From assembly GCA_013239625.1 (NCBI GenBank), contig MU053588.1, positions 3,500,799-3,564,798 of the forward strand: DNA of 64,000 nt, read 5' to 3'. Below the pieces are notes generated by a model. It saw only the letters and a list, made by a program, of their open reading frames with translations. It was not told the origin of the DNA and ran no database searches. This DNA is from Lama guanicoe. Its lineage: Eukaryota. The translations under genes and the position numbers were made by a program. Position 1 is the stretch's first letter; each line of letters opens with the position of its first letter. Below, piece after piece: positions 58,441-64,000 of the stretch.

Positions 58441-60619
58441 GTAATCAATACAACGTGTTTAGACGTTTATTCTGAGCACCCAAGAGAGGAACTGAATGCA
58501 GGCCCTGCCCCCTGAGAGTGCTTATCCTTGGAGAGGAAGACATAGTTGGACAGAAATAGGCATATCTCAGGGTGATCAGGCCTGTAACGTAGGGGCCAGG
58601 GAGCCCTATGGAATGTAAAGAACTCTGCCTGAGAGGCTTATCACAGATTTAAAGTCAGATAAAAAGGATGAATCTTGCTTTTGAAAAGAGCTCAGGTTCT
58701 CATGAGGATCTATGCTATGGGGGCTGCAGAGCCAGCTACACAATGGGACAGGGGTGCAGAACGAGGCCTACATGGACCAGACAATGAGGGTTTGAGTACA
58801 GAAACTGTATGGGGATGATCTACTGTATGATGTCAGCTAAACACTGGACAAGGAATGTGGTCAGGAGTGGACCAGGCTCACATAGGGCTAAAGCAAAGGG
58901 AGCAGGGATTCCCAAAGGGCAGAATGTGAAATGAGCTCTTGAAGAAAAACATAGGTGTCTGTCGGGGAGGAGTTTTGTTTGGAGAGAGAAGCAGGGATGG
59001 TGCTTCAAATTTGGAACCTCACTAGTTATTTCTGCAGAATATCAGGATGGTACACGAAGGAAGCTTAGAAGGGGGATGATTTACTTAACACCCTATCAGA
59101 CCTGAGCAACATCTTTCCTCACTTTGTAATGGGAAAAGGGGTGACATATGAAACAGTGCTTATAGTCCATTGGCTGTAATCTCCAAGGATTGGTCAGAAG
59201 CCAAGAGCCCACTGGCTCCCCACAAACGCAGGTGAAGGATGCTGCAGCCACGTGGGAGCATGAGCAATTCTTAAATCTGCTCTTTTCCCCAAAGCTGATG
59301 ATGTCTGCAGAGCCTCTGCCTCCCTCTCTCAGGCACCAAAAAGGTAGCCCTAACAACATGATAGACAAAGTAGGCCTAGCAGGTAGTGTGAAAAGCCCTG
59401 CCAGGACAAAAAGGGGCAGATGGGCTGCAGAGAAATGAGAAGGGCCTGTAAAGAGGGGCCTGCACCCAGCTCCTTCCGCCAGTCTCCATCATTTTATTTC
59501 TTTCCTCCATTTTCTCATGTCATCCTTTAACCCCAAATTACACTTTCTCTTTTACTTTTTCCAGCTGTGTGACCTTGGTGTATTGGGGACCTTTGGTCAG
59601 CCCTGAGTAGCAGGGTCTTGGCCATGTTGCATGTTGCAATGCTTCCCTTCTGTGACTGTGTGGGTTTGATCATCTATCACTGGGAAAGCATGGCACAGCA
59701 AGGCTTAAGCAGGTCTATTAAGGGGCAATCATATATCTAAGTTATAATGAGGGTAGGGAAGGAAGGTGTGAAGCAGATTTCAGTCCTTTGATGATCTTGT
59801 GCTGCGTTCCAAGATGTGCCGCAGATCTGTTACTCTGTAAACTGTTAGAATTAGAAGAAGCCCGCCTTCTCAAGGCCCCAGACAAGAAAAAGCAAGTTGT
59901 AATTGGATTCCATCACCATCAATTATCTTGAATAAAAAGAGAGGTAGGTAGGTAGGTAACATCAGGAAAAAGAATTATTGCTCAGGCACATCCCTTGAAA
60001 TTTCTGTCTGGCCCTTCTAAGGGTGGGAATGGGGATGAGGGTCTCCAGGTCTTCCTATTTTTGGAATAGCTCAGCAGGTCTTCACATGCTTGAAATGGTT
60101 CAAAGAGAAGGACTTGACAGCAGAGTATGAAGAAACAAATGTGAGTAAGATCATATTATTACTTACCAATATCTTGAGTAGAAAAATAAAGACTTTTTGA
60201 AAAACTGTTGGGACTTGTGTCTGTCTCCTGGAGTCTTGAATCTTTCACTCTACGTATTATAAAAATTACCTGCTAATTGATTTGAGGCCTGGCAAGGAAA
60301 AACAACCTTCCTTCAATATTTGCCTAGAAATTTTCCCTAAAATACTCGCTCAAGTCACTTTATCTCTTTAAGCTTGCTCCTTTATTCGTAAAATTGGAGT
60401 AATCATGCATAGCTTATAGAGTTGCTGAGAATATATATGAAATGTATACAGTTGGTACCCAATAAATGGTAATTATCGCTAACCTTTTATAGATCCTTCA
60501 AAATTTAGATACATGAACCTCCCTAATTCAGGACAAGCCCTTGATAAAGACTAACTTGATTTTTCTTGTTCTGATTGGTCTCAGTCTCCCCATTTGAAAA
60601 ATGTTATGTTAGATTGAAC

Positions 60620-60962
60620 TGGCATTCCATTGGGCAAAGCTGGCCTGAGGATATGTTTTGTTTGGCTCAAATAGGATTTAAAGAGAACTGAGCCAACATT
60701 TTAAAATTAAGATGATTTACATAGAAGTCTAATTTTCCAGCTTCTCCTGAAAAATCAGAAGATATGGTAATACTGAACCTACATTCCTGCCTGGCACAAT
60801 CTGGAGGGCCAAAAGGAAGCTGCCCCCTTAGCTGGAATAGCTCAACAGGTCTTCACATGCTTGGAACAGTTCTACGCATTCTGTTTTCTAGGGTGCCTCT
60901 GGTCTTACTCATTTACAGGGTCTGCTTGGTTCTGCAGGCATTTCAACTTGTGGCCCTCTGGA
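60620..60962. mobile_element. MER102-like hAT DNA transposon fossil
   Basis: TGTTTTGTTTGGCTC...GCCAACATTTTAAAA...CTTCTCCTGAAAAATCAGAAGAT...GCTGCCCCCTTAG...GGCATTTCAACTTGTGGCCCT. Confidence 0.6.
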
Positions 60963-61084
60963 CAGCTGGAAACTGTCCAGGCCTGGCACAGAGCAGTCAC
61001 TTAATTATGGAATCAGTGAATCACCAACTATATCCCCTCTACCACTCTTTCTTATTTGGCTATAACAAGAAATCCAAGTTTGTA

Positions 61085-61090
61085 TTTATT
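61085..61090 (-). terminator. Probable DMRTC2 polyadenylation signal
   Basis: TTTATT on +, about 560 nt past the stop. Another copy at 61221 lies within an old LTR-like fragment. Confidence 0.45.
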
Positions 61091-61647
61091 TGTGGTAGTT
61101 ACTGAATAACTGATTTTCACTTTGAGACATGGATTGAACAAGTCTTTTCTGTCAGTCAGGATAGACTAGGTTAGGCTGCAATAACAATCTCCACGTCTCA
61201 GTGGCTTAAAACAACACAGGTTTATTTCTTGCTTACTCACACAAACCTAGACACCAAATGAAAAGAAATACTCTTCTGTTTTTGCATGCATGGAGACAGA
61301 CATGAGTGCACAGGTATGTATAGGATCATGTGTCAAATAAATACCCTGGAACATGAACTCATGCAAAAATCTATTTAGATACTGGTTAGCTTAAACCGCA
61401 CAACTCTCTCTTTGCTGGAGATTTAAAAAGGTCCCAGGAACCAAGGTGGATAAGAGAATATCCACCTTTGCCCAAGGAAATGCCCATGCTACAGAGGAAC
61501 CAAAAGCCAACAAAGCACCTAAAAGCTTAAAAGCCTGAAGCTTGTACAACGTTACATTCCATGCATAAATCTGCAAGTAAAATACCAAATATGTAGTGCC
61601 TACGGGCTGTTGCCTTCTGCCCAAGCGAAGCCTTCACCTCTGAGCTT

Positions 61648-62983
61648 CTAGCTTAGGAGGGAGATGGACCCCAGATGTCCAATATGCAGAGCCACAGAGG
61701 GCACTGGGCTGGGTCGGAGAGAGGGGCCAACAGGCTGGAATCCTCTTCCTCCAGCAGAAGCTACAGGCAGGAAGGAAGGGGGCAGGACCAGGTCATATCC
61801 ATTTCCCCTCCCAACAACCCCCCTCTTTTTAACCCATCCATCCATCTTTGTTTACCTGGATTAGAGCAGACACTTCCTCCTCACTGGTTTTCCCACCTCT
61901 AGCCTCCAGTCCTTTTATCACAGCCACCATACTTGTATTTCTAAAGCTCAGGATCTCTGGATATGTCCCCGCCTAGCTCAGAAACATTCCCTGGCTCCCC
62001 TTCATGTATGGTTGCTAGTCTAGACCACTAAGCCTGGCACGCCAGACCTCCATGACCAGAAGCCTTTCAGCCTCACCTCCTCCTGTTCCAGCAGTTCCTC
62101 CAGGCCTCAGCCTCACCTGCTCACCATGCCCAGTCCACCATTTTGGACAGAATAATTCTCAGCCTTTCTTTTCTGTCCCTTCTAGCTCTCTCCAGGGTTG
62201 TCACTGAGCTTTTTGAAGGCACCCAGGTTCCCCAAATAGAATGGAAGTTCATTGAAGGCAGGCCCCTCTCCAGACTTCAGCAGGCAGCTTGGGTCCACAG
62301 AGAAAGCTTTGGGCTGGGGTCAGGAGACCAGGTTTGCCACTGCCTTGCTATACGCCCTCTGGCAAGTCCCTGTCTCTCTCTGGGCCTCACTTTCTTTAAC
62401 ATCAGGGCACTGAATATTTGCTTTTGAGCACAAAAAGGATAAGATGGATCCACTGAACAACTCTCAACTGCAATTCCAGTTGAGAAGCCTGGAGCCTGGC
62501 ATATTCAACCTGCTGACACCCTGATCTCCTTAGTTAGTCCCTGTTTGCTCCAGTACCTCCATTTGCCAGTCATGCCTATCCCATCCTCTCCTTTTAGGGA
62601 ACAGGTTACCTGAGGGGCCACAGGGATGGAGCAGGGAGATCCAGGCAGGGTTGGCGGGAACAGAAGGGGTCAGGCGGGGAGCCTGAGGCGAATCTTTCAG
62701 CCCCACAAGAGCCTCAGCTGCCTCCCGCTGCAGCTGCCTCTCAGAGTGGGCAGAGGTCCAGGCCAGGCGAGAGGCTCCAGGGGCCTGCAAAGGAAGGGAG
62801 AGAAGCAGACTGGGAACCCCACTTCTGCCCATCCTCCAGGTGCTCCCTCTGCCCCTGGTTACTTCACTATCCCCTGGCTCTTCCCTTCCCCGGGGTGCTG
62901 GATCCCACTTCTTTCCCAGGACCTGTGGCTGCAGCAGAAGAGGGTCTGGGGTGCCACAGGGCTGCAGTATCAGAGTCGAGCAT
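61648..62983 (-). CDS. DMRTC2: Doublesex- and mab-3-related transcription factor C2 (DMRT7), last three coding exons; 5' part lies beyond the window
   Basis: Exons 62983-62923 ([20 protein letters not shown]), 62784-62610 (APGASR...[16 protein letters not shown]...[13 protein letters not shown]) and 61760-61648 ([13 protein letters not shown]...[16 protein letters not shown]). Phases are consistent and the gene is syntenic upstream of RPS19. Confidence 0.92.
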
Positions 62984-64000
62984 CTAGAAACAAAGAGAAA
63001 TGATGGCAGGGGGATTAAACATGGACAGATATACACATAGAAAGAGGGGCAGGATTTTGCTATATTCTGATCTGGGAATCTGAGCGCCTGTTGTGTCATT
63101 AGGCTTTGTGGCCTCTGTCTTGGCCTGCTTTGTTTTCTATAAAATGAAAATTTCTGCCAGTTCCTTCCTCCCAGGGCTATTGTGAGAGTTATGGGAAATC
63201 ACTGGTGCCAGTTTTTTAAAAAACTGACAAAATGTCTAGAGTGAATGGATGACTGTTCCTGTCCTACCAGAGTCTGGTTTCCTTCCCCACTAGTTCCCCG
63301 GTCCCCATGGAACTCCAGAAGAAGCTTGGGCCACCTTTAGGAAGCTTTCTCTAAAGGCTTCTGGCCTCTCTCCTAGGCCTCTGAGGCTCTTGCCATGTCC
63401 CCCACCCCATGCCCCCATTTCAGCAGGCAGTTCAACCCCATCTTATCTATTAAAGTGGATTTACTAGCAACTATTTGGTCAAGGCCAGGGACTGTGCTAG
63501 GTGTAGTCCATACATTATTGCTAATTCTCAGTGACAACCTGAGAAGTAATAGTGCCTCCAATTTACTGATAGAAAAACACAGCTCAGAGAGGTAAAGATA
63601 CTTGTACAGAAGTTCGCAGCCAGGCAATGGCAGAGCTAGGAGAGCTCTGCTTCACCCATTAATCTGAGACCTTTTCTTTTTTCTCATCTACTATGGTGTC
63701 CAGCATAGTACATCATAAACACATATCCTTCTCTCCCTACTCACGTGTGGGGCAGGGTAGAGGGCCCTTGGGATTCTCCAGAAAGAGGAGCCATCAGTAT
63801 TGGGCGAGATCCTGGGCAGGCTGGGAAGGGCCCATGAGTGGGCAGCCGGAGGGCAGTGCCAGGGTCAAAACCTAAAGAGGATAAGAGAATGTGCAGTGTA
63901 TAGAGGTCCTCCCACTTTCTACCCTGTATCCTTCTCCTCTTCGCTTTCTGATACAGTGGTATAGTCATTCAACTATCTGTTGGATTAATGTTGAATTCAT

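Noticed and set aside
58223..58444. Repeat ORF or CRISPR-like array
   Set aside because: Head-to-tail 63-bp copies with no unique spacers, in a mammalian context, with no ATG start or splice support.

Overview
Mammalian genomic DNA, probably from a camelid given a tRNA-derived SINE resembling the camelid Vic-1 family. The window is syntenic with human 19q13.2. It holds four complete spliced genes and one partial gene, all reconstructed by hand with GT-AG introns and intact frames. On the + strand is ERFL (5 coding exons, 354 aa). On the - strand are ARHGEF1 (27 core coding exons, 914 aa, plus a 168-nt cassette exon and a 9/12-nt microexon candidate), CD79A (225 aa), RPS19 (145 aa) and the last three exons of DMRTC2. 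ERFL and ARHGEF1 converge tail-to-tail. Nearly all ORF-track entries are artefacts of GC-rich or low-complexity sequence. I found no new protein-coding system. The most unusual signals are non-coding, in the ~15 kb upstream of the ERFL ATG: recurrent ATCGAT/ATCAAT (CUT-homeodomain-type) modules, ~25 same-strand CACCTG E-boxes, and a mirror-oriented GGTGT array. Other points of interest are ARHGEF1 splicing features, a palindromic shared 3'-end element, a strong internal CD79A donor and an orphan CCAAT/E2F/NRF1 promoter-like element. Gene and repeat names come from recalled sequences, not database searches. There are three N gaps.
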